Source of the DNA: a candidate division WOR-3 bacterium
Lineage (GTDB): Bacteria > Hydrothermota > Tepidihabitantia > Tepidihabitantales > JAOUPE01
Direction: 5' to 3'
DNA: 20,357 nucleotides
NCBI GenBank assembly: GCA_039801565.1
Contig: JBDRUX010000040.1
Span: 1-20,357, forward strand
Position numbers and translations under genes: made by a program. Position 1 is the stretch's first letter, and the number at the start of each line of letters is the position of its first letter. Positions 1 to 9,865 of this stretch are shown here, in pieces. The notes under the pieces are model-generated. The model saw only the letters and a program-made list of their open reading frames with translations. It was not told the DNA's origin and did no database searches.

Positions 1-122
1 TAGCGATGGACGAGACTATGGAATGGTCGTGTCAGGGTTCTTATCTGGATATGAAAGAATTAGAAGAATGGGATCGAAAAAACGGTATTTCCGATACCGA
101 AAAATCAACTATTGGAGGATGA
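1..122 (+). CDS. 3' end of an unidentified protein (partial, runs off the window)
   Basis: Frame from position 3 reads AMDETMEWSCQGSYLDMKELEEWDRKNGISDTEKSTIGG to TGA at 120-122; protein-like composition; no family recognised. Confidence 0.5.
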   Translation, partial: AMDETMEWSCQGSYLDMKELEEWDRKNGISDTEKSTIGG

Positions 123-372
123 ATTTGCAGGCAATTTGCTGCTTGACTATTCAGAGGTTTGATAAAATTTAATCATACGCAAGCTCAAATTTTTGTGATG
201 GGAACTTTGTTTTTACTTCGATAATTCAATCTTTAACCTAAATTTTTCAATGATGCGGTGGTTTTTTTCAATCTCTTTTAAGCTCACTCGCTTTGCTTAA
301 CAAACTGTCCAATCAGCAACTAAACCTAAAGTTCGGAATGAGAGTTAATCAGGTCTCATTTATTTTTTAAAC

Positions 373-1878
373 TTAAATCCCGGAAACGCCTCTTAGTAAT
401 GCCAATGGGTCAAAGGGTAGGGTGGGTGGGTTGTAATTGAAACTAACCGACCAGATTAGACCATTGGTGGTGAATTGGTGATTGATTGTTCCTAAGCCGT
501 AACCGGCTTTTACTCCAAAAGATAAATCCGGTGTAAGATAAAATTCGCCAATACCACTAAATTCCGCGCAAAATCCTGAGGCTTGGGGGTTGACTTTAGC
601 AAATTCCCCTTTGATTAGGGGACCAAAACCAAAACGAAGGATATAAAACTTTTTTAAGAAACCCAAACTAATTTCATAATAGGATTCATAATTTTTTGGA
701 AAACCAAAGCCAAAACTTAGCGGAATATAAAAATGGGGGAATTTAAAGAGATTACTAACATTAAAGTCCAAACTCAATTCGCCCCCAAGATTCTGGATTG
801 GCTCGTTGTTTTCATTTAATGGGAAAGAACCAAATCTTAAGGCTAATTCAAGTGGTAGGCGCGGTCTCTCTATTACCAGCATTCCTGGTTCAGCTTTGCC
901 TAAAAAAGTTCGTGCCTCGGAATACCGAACCGTCTTTGAAGTATCTTTATTATTGGCAACTTTTGTGACTAAGGCGCAGCCGATTGATTTTGCTCTTGGC
1001 ATTCCCGAGGTATCTTCAAAGAATTCAACGATATCTAATTTATCATCAATCTTTAAACCTTCTTTTGTGCCAAGTTTGAATACGATATTTCCACCGTAGG
1101 CTGAAATAATTTCCGCCGATAGTCGAAATTCCGGAATTTCGCGGGTCAGGATTTGGAGATTTTTGACATATGCCTTAACTGCACCGAGCGTAGCAAATTC
1201 TTCAGCAGTTAACTCTTCACCGCCTAACATAAATTCATAATATTTTTTACCTATAATTGCCGTACCAAAAGCATTAGAAGATTTTTTGACTAAAGGAATC
1301 AGTCGCGGTGGGTCAGAAGTAGTAGAAATGTGATACCAGATGATACCGCCTTCAATACTAACATCAATTCGATTACCAGAGATATTGTGCGCAAAGGCGC
1401 TGATAAAAGGGATGAAAAGATAGCCAGCATTCATCACCTTTTCTAAATCATCGGCGGTAATGCCACTCTCTTTGGCTTTAGTGGTAAGAAAATTGATTCG
1501 TTCTTGTTGGTCAACAAATTCCTTAGCCCGGATTTCTTTATTAATCGAAAGAATTTTCACAATCTCTGGCACAAAGATAGCTTCCAAGGCTTCAGCTAAT
1601 CGTTCTTGTGTCATCGCATTCACACCAGCAATTGCAGCATCGGCTTTGGCTTGTAATGCTTGGGGAAGTTCATTGTAATCAAATCTTTCTAAAAATAGTG
1701 CTTGTTTAATTTTAGTCTTTATCAAATCAACCGTTTTTGTCGGGATTGTCACATTAGCGGCAAGAAGGACACCGTCATAATATGAGATTGACTTACGCAA
1801 AAAGAAACGCGCTGGCTCTTGACCGTTAGCGATTAAAAATAAAACGAGATTTAAGATAAAAATTGTTATTTTCCGCAT
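373..1878 (-). CDS. Hypothetical exported/outer-membrane protein: signal peptide, alpha/beta N-terminal region, FlgT-C-like middle domain, C-terminal beta-barrel-like region
   Basis: Long ORF; N-terminus MRKITIFILNLVLFLIANG resembles a signal peptide; AEIISAYGGNIVFKLGTKEGLKIDDKLDIVE resembles FlgT C-terminal-type domains; alternating hydrophobic/aromatic strands in the last ~150 aa. Start placed at ATG 1878 because the ATG at 1890 lies inside the -10 box. Confidence 0.65.
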   Translation of the reverse strand: MRKITIFILNLVLFLIANGQEPARFFLRKSISYYDGVLLAANVTIPTKTVDLIKTKIKQALFLERFDYNELPQALQAKADAAIAGVNAMTQERLAEALEAIFVPEIVKILSINKEIRAKEFVDQQERINFLTTKAKESGITADDLEKVMNAGYLFIPFISAFAHNISGNRIDVSIEGGIIWYHISTTSDPPRLIPLVKKSSNAFGTAIIGKKYYEFMLGGEELTAEEFATLGAVKAYVKNLQILTREIPEFRLSAEIISAYGGNIVFKLGTKEGLKIDDKLDIVEFFEDTSGMPRAKSIGCALVTKVANNKDTSKTVRYSEARTFLGKAEPGMLVIERPRLPLELALRFGSFPLNENNEPIQNLGGELSLDFNVSNLFKFPHFYIPLSFGFGFPKNYESYYEISLGFLKKFYILRFGFGPLIKGEFAKVNPQASGFCAEFSGIGEFYLTPDLSFGVKAGYGLGTINHQFTTNGLIWSVSFNYNPPTLPFDPLALLRGVSGI

Positions 1879-1885
1879 CGAATGA

Positions 1886-1913
1886 AGCATAGCTGATTAT
1901 TTTAACGAGTCAA
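1886..1913 (-). promoter_or_regulatory. Sigma70-type promoter TTGACT-N16-TATGCT, 7 nt upstream of ATG 1878
   Basis: Minus strand reads TTGACT cgttaaaataatcagc TATGCT tcattcg ATG; no SD sequence. Confidence 0.6.
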
Positions 1914-1923
1914 GAAAAAGAAT

Positions 1924-2355
1924 CTAAAATCTTTTTTCCAATATCAAGGCATCTTCACCGTCGTGGTAGTAATTTTTCTGGGTGAGAATATGGACAAAGC
2001 CAAATTTGCGATAAAAATTCTGCGCCACGATATTTGACTCTCTAACCTCTAAGAAGATATTTTTACATCTTAGCTCTTTACCAATTTCAAGAATTGTCTT
2101 TAATAATTGGCTACCAATTCCTTTTCTTCGTTCATTCGGATGAACCGCAATATTTGCCAAATGTAGTTCGTTATTAATTTTCCAGGCGATGAGATAACCA
2201 ACAAGTTTATCATTTTCCTTTGCTACCAGGCAGTAGGCATTAGGGCGGTTCAAATCATAAAGGAAATAACTTTTTTTCCAAGGCAATTTGAACGACACCT
2301 TCTCAATTGCCATCACTTCTTCTAAATCTTTAGTCTGCATCCGTTCGATTTTCAT
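1924..2355 (-). CDS. rimI: Ribosomal-protein-alanine N-acetyltransferase (GNAT family)
   Basis: 143 aa with DLEEVMAIEKVSF..PW, ELHLANIAVHPNERRKGIGSQLL, FLEVRESN..AQNFYRKFGF and NYYHDGEDA, all typical of RimI. Confidence 0.92.
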   Translation of the reverse strand: MKIERMQTKDLEEVMAIEKVSFKLPWKKSYFLYDLNRPNAYCLVAKENDKLVGYLIAWKINNELHLANIAVHPNERRKGIGSQLLKTILEIGKELRCKNIFLEVRESNIVAQNFYRKFGFVHILTQKNYYHDGEDALILEKRF

Positions 2356-2370
2356 ACTAATGATAAAGAG

Positions 2371-2401
2371 AAGCGGTCAGGCTAATTAAGCCCGACCGCT
2401 T
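2371..2401 (-). terminator. Probable intrinsic terminator hairpin downstream of the C25 peptidase gene
   Basis: Minus strand AAGCGGTCGGGCT-TAATT-AGCCTGACCGCTT followed by CTCTTT. The single non-Watson-Crick pair is a G-U wobble only on the minus-strand RNA. Confidence 0.7.
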
Positions 2402-2421
2402 AATTTAGACTATTTCATAGG

Positions 2422-5400
2422 TTATTGCACCAGAATCATTTTCTTGATAAGTTTTTCATTCGGGGTTTCAAGTTTATAGAAGTAGATACCCGAAGCGACG
2501 CGCTTACCTTTCTCATTGGTGCCGTTCCAATAGTAAGTATAAATCCCTGGCTTGAGCAATACTGAGACCAGTTGGCGAACCATACTTCCCGTAATGTCGT
2601 AGATGCGAAGATTAACTTTTCCTTCTTGTTTAATTTGGAATCGGATTTGGCAAAGGTCTTTAAACGGATTGGGATTGACTCTTGCTGATACATTGGCAGT
2701 AAGTTTGTCAAAATCAGAATAAGCCACGCCTTGCGGATAAGGCGGGTCGGTGGTATACTTTATTACCTTATGGGGTAAGAATGGTCCAAAGCCACGATTT
2801 AAAGTATCATTAAATAATACGCAGATGCCAAACCGATTGCTTGGGTCTTCAATTCCGACCGTGCTTGAATTCCAACGATTTGCGGTCATATAGTTGACCA
2901 AAATCTCATTATGGCCATCGGCTGCCGCAAGTGTCGTATCATAAATGATGATTTGGAATTTATCCATAATCGTGGTTGCACCAAAATAAGGCACACTGTC
3001 GTATTCAATGATGAAACGATGATTTGCTGCATCATGATAATAATAGACTCCACCAACGCCGCTATTGTTCGGGTATAAATCGTCCCAATTGGCACAGACC
3101 ATTCCATTCGGATTAGTTGAAGTTGGGTCGGGTATCCGGCGATTAGAATAAGTGGTAGCGGTTTGATAACCCGGGGCAATCCAACCATTGGAACAGATTG
3201 AAATTTGAGTAAATCTTTGATTGTAGTATTTCCAAGGACCAAAGGTAGCCGGCAAGATTATCTGGACTGTTTGGTCATCGGATAAAGTTAAACGAGTGCC
3301 AACGGTATTGATTTCAATCCACTCGTAGACCGGACATTCGATATACAGCGTATCAACATCGTCATAAGCCCAATAGAGTGTATCATCAAAGACCGGGTCA
3401 CAAGCACGAATTTCACCCACGATGATTGTAAATGGTTGAATTGTTGTATAACCACCGTCGGCAAAGATGTGAAGTGTACAAGGAATCGGCGTCTCTTGAG
3501 GAGTTAGAATTGAAGCATTAACTGTGAAGCAATCGGATAAATTACTACCCAGCGAATCGAATGGAATTGTGCCAAAATTACCAATTGAATCAATCACGGT
3601 CAACCGATTGTCACCGGAGCGTAAAATCGCCGAAACATTATACCCATTACCAAGACCGATATTGCGCAAAGTAACCACCAAATCTACGGTTTCCCCAGGG
3701 TCGAGTTTACCATTCGGTGTGGTTGCCAAGGAATCATAGACGGTCTTATCAACGTAGACTAAAATTGGTGTTCCGACCACAACACTGAAAGACGAAGTCC
3801 ATATTGTATCATTGGCATCGTGTAACTCTAAGTTAAAGCGAATTGTATGACCATTAACACAGGTTGAACCGACCAAGAAATTATAGCCATCATTGCCAGT
3901 ATAGGCTGAATCATTAGCTGGGATATTACCAAATGACTTTACGGAATCCGTGATTGTTACTAATGTATCATTGGTTCGAATTATACCGACGACCGATTCT
4001 GCCCCAAGACCACCCCAGTTCTTTACCCAAAGGGGTAGTTCAATCGCTTCACCGGGATTGACAATTCCGTCGTTATTACCGGCTGAATCATCAATAATGT
4101 AACGCAAGAAAGTGACATAAGGGGCATTAGGCGCGGTTGTCATTGCATAGCCACGATAAGGATAAAGGTTTCGACCAGTCACCGTGACAAAGATTGAATC
4201 ACCGGGAACTGTGGCATTTATTACAAAGCTAACCTGACCAGCCGTATTGGTTCGACCGACACAATAAATTGTTGTATCGGTCTTGGACATCACACAGACT
4301 AAGGCATTTGCCACTGGTCCACCAGCCATAACCTGGACCGAGAATGGAAAACTACCAATCAGTACTACTGCTGGATGATTGACGGTTAACTGTTGGGGTG
4401 GTGCTGACCAGATGTTAAGTTCCGGTTCACCAAAGTTATTGAACATATCGAATTCGAGTTCGGTATAAGAACCACCAGGATAAGCCTGATACATAAAGAG
4501 CTTACCGTAGTTGGTGCTTTGAGCAAAGGTAAAGAGAAGACTGTCACAATAACCCAAGAAAGTGCCAGCGGCTAAGGAATCGTTATAGCCACTATAACTA
4601 ACCCTGGAGGCACCAAAATAACCACAGCCACCTTTCTCTTCGGTTGGCGTCCCTGCTTTTACCCAAACCTCAGCGTGACAATCCTGACTTGGGTCATCAT
4701 AATGACCGGATTCGCAGGTTGGACCAATCACCATTGGAACTTTTCTGCCATTATTAAGTGCCTGAACATGGGAGTTGACCCACGCTGGTTCGACATTATA
4801 CCAACCGTCAACATCGCCGTGGCCACGATATAGGACCCAAGTTCTACCTTCATTTACCGCATTAGTGATATTGGTTGGTGTTGCCAAACCCCATCTTTGG
4901 AAAAGGGTGTCGAACTGAGTATAACCATAAGCCAACATTCTTTGCATTATCCGGATACAGACCGTCCAAAATCGGGTCGGGTTACCTGATTCATAACCAG
5001 CAATTGATGTCGCTTTACGATACCAATCCGTTTGTTCAACATAAGGGTTGCTTTCGTAATTGACCAATTTATTTACTACGGTTTGGGCTTCGGTTAGATT
5101 CTTTACTGAGATTCTTGCCACCAATAAATCCGAAAAATAATCTGTCCCTTCGTGTTTGGTATAATAATGGTCAGTGGCGACGCTTTGCACACCATAAGCA
5201 CAAGGTACATATTCTACATCACCAACCAATAACACATAATCCGGGGCAAATTGCCAGTTAAGATAGGCGTTATGAATATAATTGTAAATCTGGGCAGCGC
5301 TTGGATTGGGCGCAATCTCTGAAGTCTTGACTATTTTGGTTCGCCAACCTTTCAGTAGCTTCCATTCAGCTAAGGGCAAAACCGCAGAATAGAAATTATC

Positions 5401-6141
5401 ATGGGTGATAATTAGATAGCTACCGTCAATTGGTGATTGGGGCGGGGCAACAAAATCGTAGTTCAATATGAATCGGCGATAAAACGGCTCAAAGGTCTTT
5501 GAGATTTGAGCACGGAAATTGGTCTTGATATTCTCAATTGCTGGTTTGGTGTAGATAAGCTCAATTTGAAGCCGATGGATAACAATCAGTTCTTTAGTTA
5601 CTGGATTATACCGCACCGGCTGAATAATCAGCGGTAACACCCGATAATCCCGAATGATTGCCGGCGTTTGGGCTGTAACAAAGGCTTCTGGATAAAAGGC
5701 ATCGGTGCTGTATCTTTTTTCATCTTTAACAAATTCTTTAGCGTGCGTTTCGGTTTCAGGTAGCGGTGGTTGGTAAGGATAGACATTATAACCACTAAAA
5801 GTTTCGGTGACTTGTTCAACAATTCTAATTTCCGGGTCACGATTGGCAGGAATGGCAATTAATCTTGCAATCACTGGTAATTGCGGACTACCAACTTCGG
5901 TTAAGGTTCCACCGTTTGTTATCGGAATTGAGATATGGTGATAGGTTACACCATCAATTACTTCTTCTTCGGTCCAAAATCCTGGAATGTTAACTGTAAC
6001 CGTGGTTTTAAAGTTATCGGAGTTAGGAACAAAGAGTTCAGTGGTAGCAGATGATGGGTTATTTTCAAACGGATGCCAGATTGGCAAAGCGAATAGCCCG
6101 GAGAATGCGACTACGATTATTAAAGACAACCATCGTTTCAT
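2422..6141 (-). CDS. Gingipain-like C25 family cysteine peptidase with propeptide, Ig-like domains and C-terminal FlgD/T9SS-type sorting domain
   Basis: SD AAAGGAGG before ATG 6141; signal peptide; propeptide motif GSPQLPVIARLIAIP; YLIITHDNF, YVLLVGD, catalytic His (YRGHGD) and Cys (PTCESGHYD); two 'NDG/NGK..PGE' Ig-like repeats; C-terminal PNPF...IYDITG..VR.L...WNG....G..VASGIYFYKL. Confidence 0.9.
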   Translation of the reverse strand: MKRWLSLIIVVAFSGLFALPIWHPFENNPSSATTELFVPNSDNFKTTVTVNIPGFWTEEEVIDGVTYHHISIPITNGGTLTEVGSPQLPVIARLIAIPANRDPEIRIVEQVTETFSGYNVYPYQPPLPETETHAKEFVKDEKRYSTDAFYPEAFVTAQTPAIIRDYRVLPLIIQPVRYNPVTKELIVIHRLQIELIYTKPAIENIKTNFRAQISKTFEPFYRRFILNYDFVAPPQSPIDGSYLIITHDNFYSAVLPLAEWKLLKGWRTKIVKTSEIAPNPSAAQIYNYIHNAYLNWQFAPDYVLLVGDVEYVPCAYGVQSVATDHYYTKHEGTDYFSDLLVARISVKNLTEAQTVVNKLVNYESNPYVEQTDWYRKATSIAGYESGNPTRFWTVCIRIMQRMLAYGYTQFDTLFQRWGLATPTNITNAVNEGRTWVLYRGHGDVDGWYNVEPAWVNSHVQALNNGRKVPMVIGPTCESGHYDDPSQDCHAEVWVKAGTPTEEKGGCGYFGASRVSYSGYNDSLAAGTFLGYCDSLLFTFAQSTNYGKLFMYQAYPGGSYTELEFDMFNNFGEPELNIWSAPPQQLTVNHPAVVLIGSFPFSVQVMAGGPVANALVCVMSKTDTTIYCVGRTNTAGQVSFVINATVPGDSIFVTVTGRNLYPYRGYAMTTAPNAPYVTFLRYIIDDSAGNNDGIVNPGEAIELPLWVKNWGGLGAESVVGIIRTNDTLVTITDSVKSFGNIPANDSAYTGNDGYNFLVGSTCVNGHTIRFNLELHDANDTIWTSSFSVVVGTPILVYVDKTVYDSLATTPNGKLDPGETVDLVVTLRNIGLGNGYNVSAILRSGDNRLTVIDSIGNFGTIPFDSLGSNLSDCFTVNASILTPQETPIPCTLHIFADGGYTTIQPFTIIVGEIRACDPVFDDTLYWAYDDVDTLYIECPVYEWIEINTVGTRLTLSDDQTVQIILPATFGPWKYYNQRFTQISICSNGWIAPGYQTATTYSNRRIPDPTSTNPNGMVCANWDDLYPNNSGVGGVYYYHDAANHRFIIEYDSVPYFGATTIMDKFQIIIYDTTLAAADGHNEILVNYMTANRWNSSTVGIEDPSNRFGICVLFNDTLNRGFGPFLPHKVIKYTTDPPYPQGVAYSDFDKLTANVSARVNPNPFKDLCQIRFQIKQEGKVNLRIYDITGSMVRQLVSVLLKPGIYTYYWNGTNEKGKRVASGIYFYKLETPNEKLIKKMILVQ

Positions 6142-6170
6142 AATGCCTCCTTTTAGCATAAGTTCTTTTT

Positions 6171-6198
6171 ATTTTAGATTATGTTTTAATAAAGTCAA
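6171..6198 (-). promoter_or_regulatory. Sigma70-type promoter TTGACT-N16-TAAAAT for the C25 peptidase
   Basis: Minus strand TTGACT ttattaaaacataatc TAAAAT, about 30 nt upstream of ATG 6141. Confidence 0.65.
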
Positions 6199-6363
6199 GC
6201 GCTATCGCCAGATGAAACTCATAGTCTTTGGGAATGCCAAGTTTTTGGGAAAAACTGGCTGGTCACAGGTTCGTCTCAATTTTAAAAAATCCGCAGACGT
6301 ATCTCTCATCCTATTCATTTAGATAATAAGGTTACCAGGAATAAAAACTCTTAATTTGAATCA

Positions 6364-6391
6364 TTGACATTTTGTCCTTTACTCTTAGAAT
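6364..6391 (+). promoter_or_regulatory. Sigma70-type promoter TTGACA-N16-TAGAAT upstream of the tolB remnant and methyltransferase
   Basis: TTGACA at 6364-6369, TAGAAT at 6386-6391, then SD GGGAGGA and ATG 6419. Confidence 0.65.
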
Positions 6392-6418
6392 TTATTGTTA
6401 ATAATGAAGGGAGGATAG

Positions 6419-6795
6419 ATGAAAAAGTTTTTCGTTGTCTTTTCTGCTCTTTCGGTATTAATTTACGGCGGCTCAACTTATGAAGGTTCTTATAATATAT
6501 CAACGGCTTAGTCGCCCCGTGGCGATTTAATCGCCTAGGTCTCACGAATGAACAATGGAAAAATCAAATCTTTATTACTGATATCGAGAGTGAATTAAGA
6601 ATGCAACTCATCCTTGATGGTAATAATGAAGAGCCGGTTTGCTCGCCGGACGGTTTACACATCGCATTTGCCTTCAATAGCACCGGTTCTTGGGAAATTT
6701 ACACAATGGCCTGGAATGGTAAGAATTAAAAAAGAATTACCAATACTGGTGGCGCTTTCTCACCAAGCTGGTTATGCAGACTGAAGAAAGACTAA
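6419..6795 (+). pseudogene. tolB: TolB-like (PD40 beta-propeller) pseudogene: signal-peptide start joined to the last propeller blades, with three stops and a frameshift
   Basis: Manual translation: MKKFFVVFSALSVLIYGGSTYEGSYNISTA*SPRGDLIA*VSRMNNGK, frameshift near 6560, then NQIFITDIESELRMQLILDGNNEEPVCSPDGLHIAFAFNSTGSWEIYTMAWNGKN*KRITNTGGAFSPSWLCRLKKD*. Stops at 6509, 6536 and 6727 sit where W, Y and Q are expected in PD40 repeats. Confidence 0.8.
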
Positions 6796-6825
6796 GAAAG
6801 TAGCAGTGCTGTTATTAAAGTTATT

Positions 6826-7572
6826 ATGGGAAAAGTAAATAAAGAATACGAAAAGCTTTTTTGGACACATGGTTTCAAAGACAGAAGGGTAGTTAACGGT
6901 TTCTATAAAATAAGTCAAGGTAGCTACCAATATTATGAAAACTTTCTTCTTAGTAATTGCCTCAATAAAAAGGTTCTTGAATATGGTTGTGGCACTGGTT
7001 CATATGCTTTTTTCTTGGCAAAACATGGTGCTAAAGTCACCGGAATTGATATATGTGAAGAAGCAATTAACCTTGCTCACAAGGAAGCATTGAATAAAGG
7101 TTTATCGAATATTAAATTTTTAGTGATGGATGCAGAAGCAATGCAATTTGGAAATAGCAGTTTTGACCTTATCTGCGGCACCGGTATCTTACACCATCTT
7201 AGATTACAAGATGCTTTATCCGAATTAGTAAGAGTTTTAAAATTTGACGGCAAAGCAATTTTCTTTGAACCAATGGGACATAATCCAGTAATAAATCTTT
7301 TTAGAAAGTTAACCTCACATTTAAGAACTAAAGATGAACATCCACTAACTTTTAAGGATTTGAAACTTATGGAACAATATTTTAATCAAGTAACTTGTAA
7401 TTTTTTTCATTTATTCTCGCTTTTGGCAATTCCTTTTTGCAATACCAAACTATTAACTAAATTGGTTAAGATCCTAGATAATTTTGATAAAACCTTTTTT
7501 AAATCATTCCCAGGATTAAAAAAGATGGCCTGGCAAGTTGTGATCATTCTCGAAAAGCCCAAGAAAGTATAA
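6826..7572 (+). CDS. Class I SAM-dependent methyltransferase
   Basis: Motif I VLEYGCGTG, VTGIDI, MDAEAM, SFDLICGTGILHHL, RVLKFDGKAIFFEP. Confidence 0.9.
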   Translation: MGKVNKEYEKLFWTHGFKDRRVVNGFYKISQGSYQYYENFLLSNCLNKKVLEYGCGTGSYAFFLAKHGAKVTGIDICEEAINLAHKEALNKGLSNIKFLVMDAEAMQFGNSSFDLICGTGILHHLRLQDALSELVRVLKFDGKAIFFEPMGHNPVINLFRKLTSHLRTKDEHPLTFKDLKLMEQYFNQVTCNFFHLFSLLAIPFCNTKLLTKLVKILDNFDKTFFKSFPGLKKMAWQVVIILEKPKKV

Positions 7573-7995
7573 TTCGCGCATTGCCACAAAAATTTTAACC
7601 GCACACGAAAAGCGAATTTTCCGGAAAAGCAAGCAGTTACAGGCATAGTACCAATTCTTATTGGACTATATTTGCCAATGGAGTATTAGCTAAAACTAAT
7701 TTACGTGAGGCAACGGACTTTAATTTTGCAATCGAATTAAGTGGAGATCTTTTCGCCCAGACTGAAAAAATAAAAGATTAACTTACTGAATTCAAGACGG
7801 ATTGAACAAACTGCTACGAGGAAAATATCAAATGATGTTGCCTAATACTAATTCTGATAAGCGATACCACCGTCCCGGGGGAAATTTTAATGTAAGACCC
7901 AAATTGCCAAAAAGTAGAACAAAATGCTTTTAACCACTGAATCAACCAAAAGGAATGCCGAATTCTTATGAAAGTTTCTTTGATAAGAAAATTAT

Positions 7996-8023
7996 TTGAC
8001 TTTTTATTTTTTGATCATAGAAT
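7996..8023 (+). promoter_or_regulatory. Sigma70-type promoter TTGACT-N16-TAGAAT
   Basis: TTGACT at 7996-8001, TAGAAT at 8018-8023; SD AAGGAGG at 8046-8052. Confidence 0.65.
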
Positions 8024-8056
8024 TGCTGGGTAATGGTAAAATAAAAAGGAGGCTTG

Positions 8057-9865
8057 ATGAAAAAGTTTATCATATTTTTCACTGGTCTTTTGTTAATCAA
8101 CACCGTAATCTTTTCGCTCGACTATATTGAATCTTCTTCTGGGCTACAAACCCCACAATTAGAAAGCGGTCGAACTGAATTAGAATTTGCCGATATTAAT
8201 CAAGATGGGCATATTGATATTTTATCCATTGGTGACCACGGTTCACCTTATGTAAATACCCAAGAACATGGGATAATGGTCTGGTTCGGTGACGGTCGAG
8301 GCAATTGGTCGGTCTTCCAGAACGGTGATTTTGGCTACGGCGGAATCGCCATTGGTGATATTAATAACGATGGTCATTTGGATGTTGGTTATGGGATGCA
8401 TCATAACTATTCAAGCGATGACTTTGGTGACTCGATTCTCGAAGCAGCATTGGGTGATGGTACTGGTCAGAACTGGACACCTTGGGATGACGGAATTTCG
8501 ACTGGCGGCGATTGGGGTATGTTCAGTACCGATTTTGCCGATATCAATAATGACGGCTATTTAGATTTGGGTAGTGTCTCGTTCGGTGCTGATGATGGAA
8601 TTCATATTTTTATCAATAATAGCGATGGCACTTGGCAGCAATGTTTTGGCTTTTTAGGCGGTAATTCAACGATGCATTTTATTTTTGGTGATGTGAATGC
8701 AGATGGCAATGCCGATTTCTGTGCTGCCCATCAATACGGTAGTATCTATCTCGGTGATGGGCAAGGCAATTTTGTCTTGGCTGATGGTAACCTACCGCCA
8801 GCTGGAACTATGGGAAGAACCGGAACTTCCTTAGGCGATGTTGACAATGATGGTGATATGGATTTTGCTTTTACTAATTCTAATGGCGGGATTGAAGTTT
8901 GGACCTGGCAGGGAAATAATACCTGGGCTAATTTCTCAGGCAATTTGCCAACCACCGGTCCTTATTATTTAACTCAGTTATATGATATGAATATTGATGG
9001 TTTTATGGATGTGATAGCATTCGGTGACAGCACGATTACTTTATGGCTGGGCAACGGTGCTGGTAACTGGACCCAAGATGCCACTTTTTATACGCCAAGC
9101 CCGGGCAATGCCGAGGCATTTCGGGTTGGTGGCGATGCTGACCATAACGGTTATCCAGATATTGCCTTAGTGAGCGAAGAAGGTGGTGGCTGGAATCCCA
9201 TTAACCACTTAAGATTCTACAAAGAGACTTCGGTTCCGGAGAGTTTATTTGTTTTTCCAATGTTTCCGCGGGGAAGAGAGCAATTTGAAGCCGGCTCGGT
9301 TCTTTTTATTGACTGGACTTGTGGCGTGCCACCGGGCAGAAATGCGACTATGAAACTTGAATATTCAACAACCGGGGCAAATGGTCCCTGGCTGATGATT
9401 ACTCCAAGCACACCCAATAATGGTCGCTATCAGTGGCGCATTCCCGAAGGAATTTCTTCGGAAAGTTGTTATATCCGCTATACGGCAATGAGCAATTATA
9501 ATCGTGACACAGCAATCAGCATTGCTATTACCCGAGCCCCGTTTAAGATTTCACCCGTAACATCAATCAAAGAGACTAAAATTGTTCAGCTGTTAAAACC
9601 TAATCTGAGCATTGCCCCGACAATTGCCGCAAAAAATATCGAAATAAAACTATCAACCTTTGGTCTGAATAAAGCAGAAGTGAAGGTCTATGACAATCAA
9701 GGAAGAATAGTCAGAAATTTACTAAAGACTTGGGGCTTTGGCGAATTCTCTATCAATTGGGACAAGACCGATAACCAAGGCAGAAAAGTTACCGCCGGCA
9801 ACTATTTTATTGTCTTAGAGGCCGAAAACAAAAGACTGACCGAAAAGGTTTTGATAGTTAATTGA
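8057..9865 (+). CDS. Secreted FG-GAP/VCBS-repeat beta-propeller protein with Ig-like domain and FlgD/T9SS-type C-terminal domain
   Basis: Signal peptide MKKFIIFFTGLLLINTVIFS; seven D-x-[ND]-x-[DN]-G-x-x-D-type motifs (DINQDGHID, DINNDGHLD, DINNDGYLD, DVNADGNAD, DVDNDGDMD, DMNIDGFMD, DADHNGYPD); PRGRE..LEYSTTG..W..I Ig-like domain; VYDNQGRIVRNL..WDKTDNQGRKVTAGNYF. Confidence 0.85.
   Translation: MKKFIIFFTGLLLINTVIFSLDYIESSSGLQTPQLESGRTELEFADINQDGHIDILSIGDHGSPYVNTQEHGIMVWFGDGRGNWSVFQNGDFGYGGIAIGDINNDGHLDVGYGMHHNYSSDDFGDSILEAALGDGTGQNWTPWDDGISTGGDWGMFSTDFADINNDGYLDLGSVSFGADDGIHIFINNSDGTWQQCFGFLGGNSTMHFIFGDVNADGNADFCAAHQYGSIYLGDGQGNFVLADGNLPPAGTMGRTGTSLGDVDNDGDMDFAFTNSNGGIEVWTWQGNNTWANFSGNLPTTGPYYLTQLYDMNIDGFMDVIAFGDSTITLWLGNGAGNWTQDATFYTPSPGNAEAFRVGGDADHNGYPDIALVSEEGGGWNPINHLRFYKETSVPESLFVFPMFPRGREQFEAGSVLFIDWTCGVPPGRNATMKLEYSTTGANGPWLMITPSTPNNGRYQWRIPEGISSESCYIRYTAMSNYNRDTAISIAITRAPFKISPVTSIKETKIVQLLKPNLSIAPTIAAKNIEIKLSTFGLNKAEVKVYDNQGRIVRNLLKTWGFGEFSINWDKTDNQGRKVTAGNYFIVLEAENKRLTEKVLIVN

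Noticed and set aside
6509..6729. Stop-codon reassignment (TAG/TAA read as sense) in the tolB-like region
   Set aside because: The stops replace different expected residues (W, Y, Q), a frameshift is also present, and other genes end normally in TAG or TAA.
7573..7980. Start-less ~60-codon frame (…YWTIFANGVLAKTNLREATDFNFAIELSGDLF…) and palindrome TTTTCCGGAAAA
   Set aside because: No start codon, SD or recognisable homology. It could be a relic but cannot be supported.
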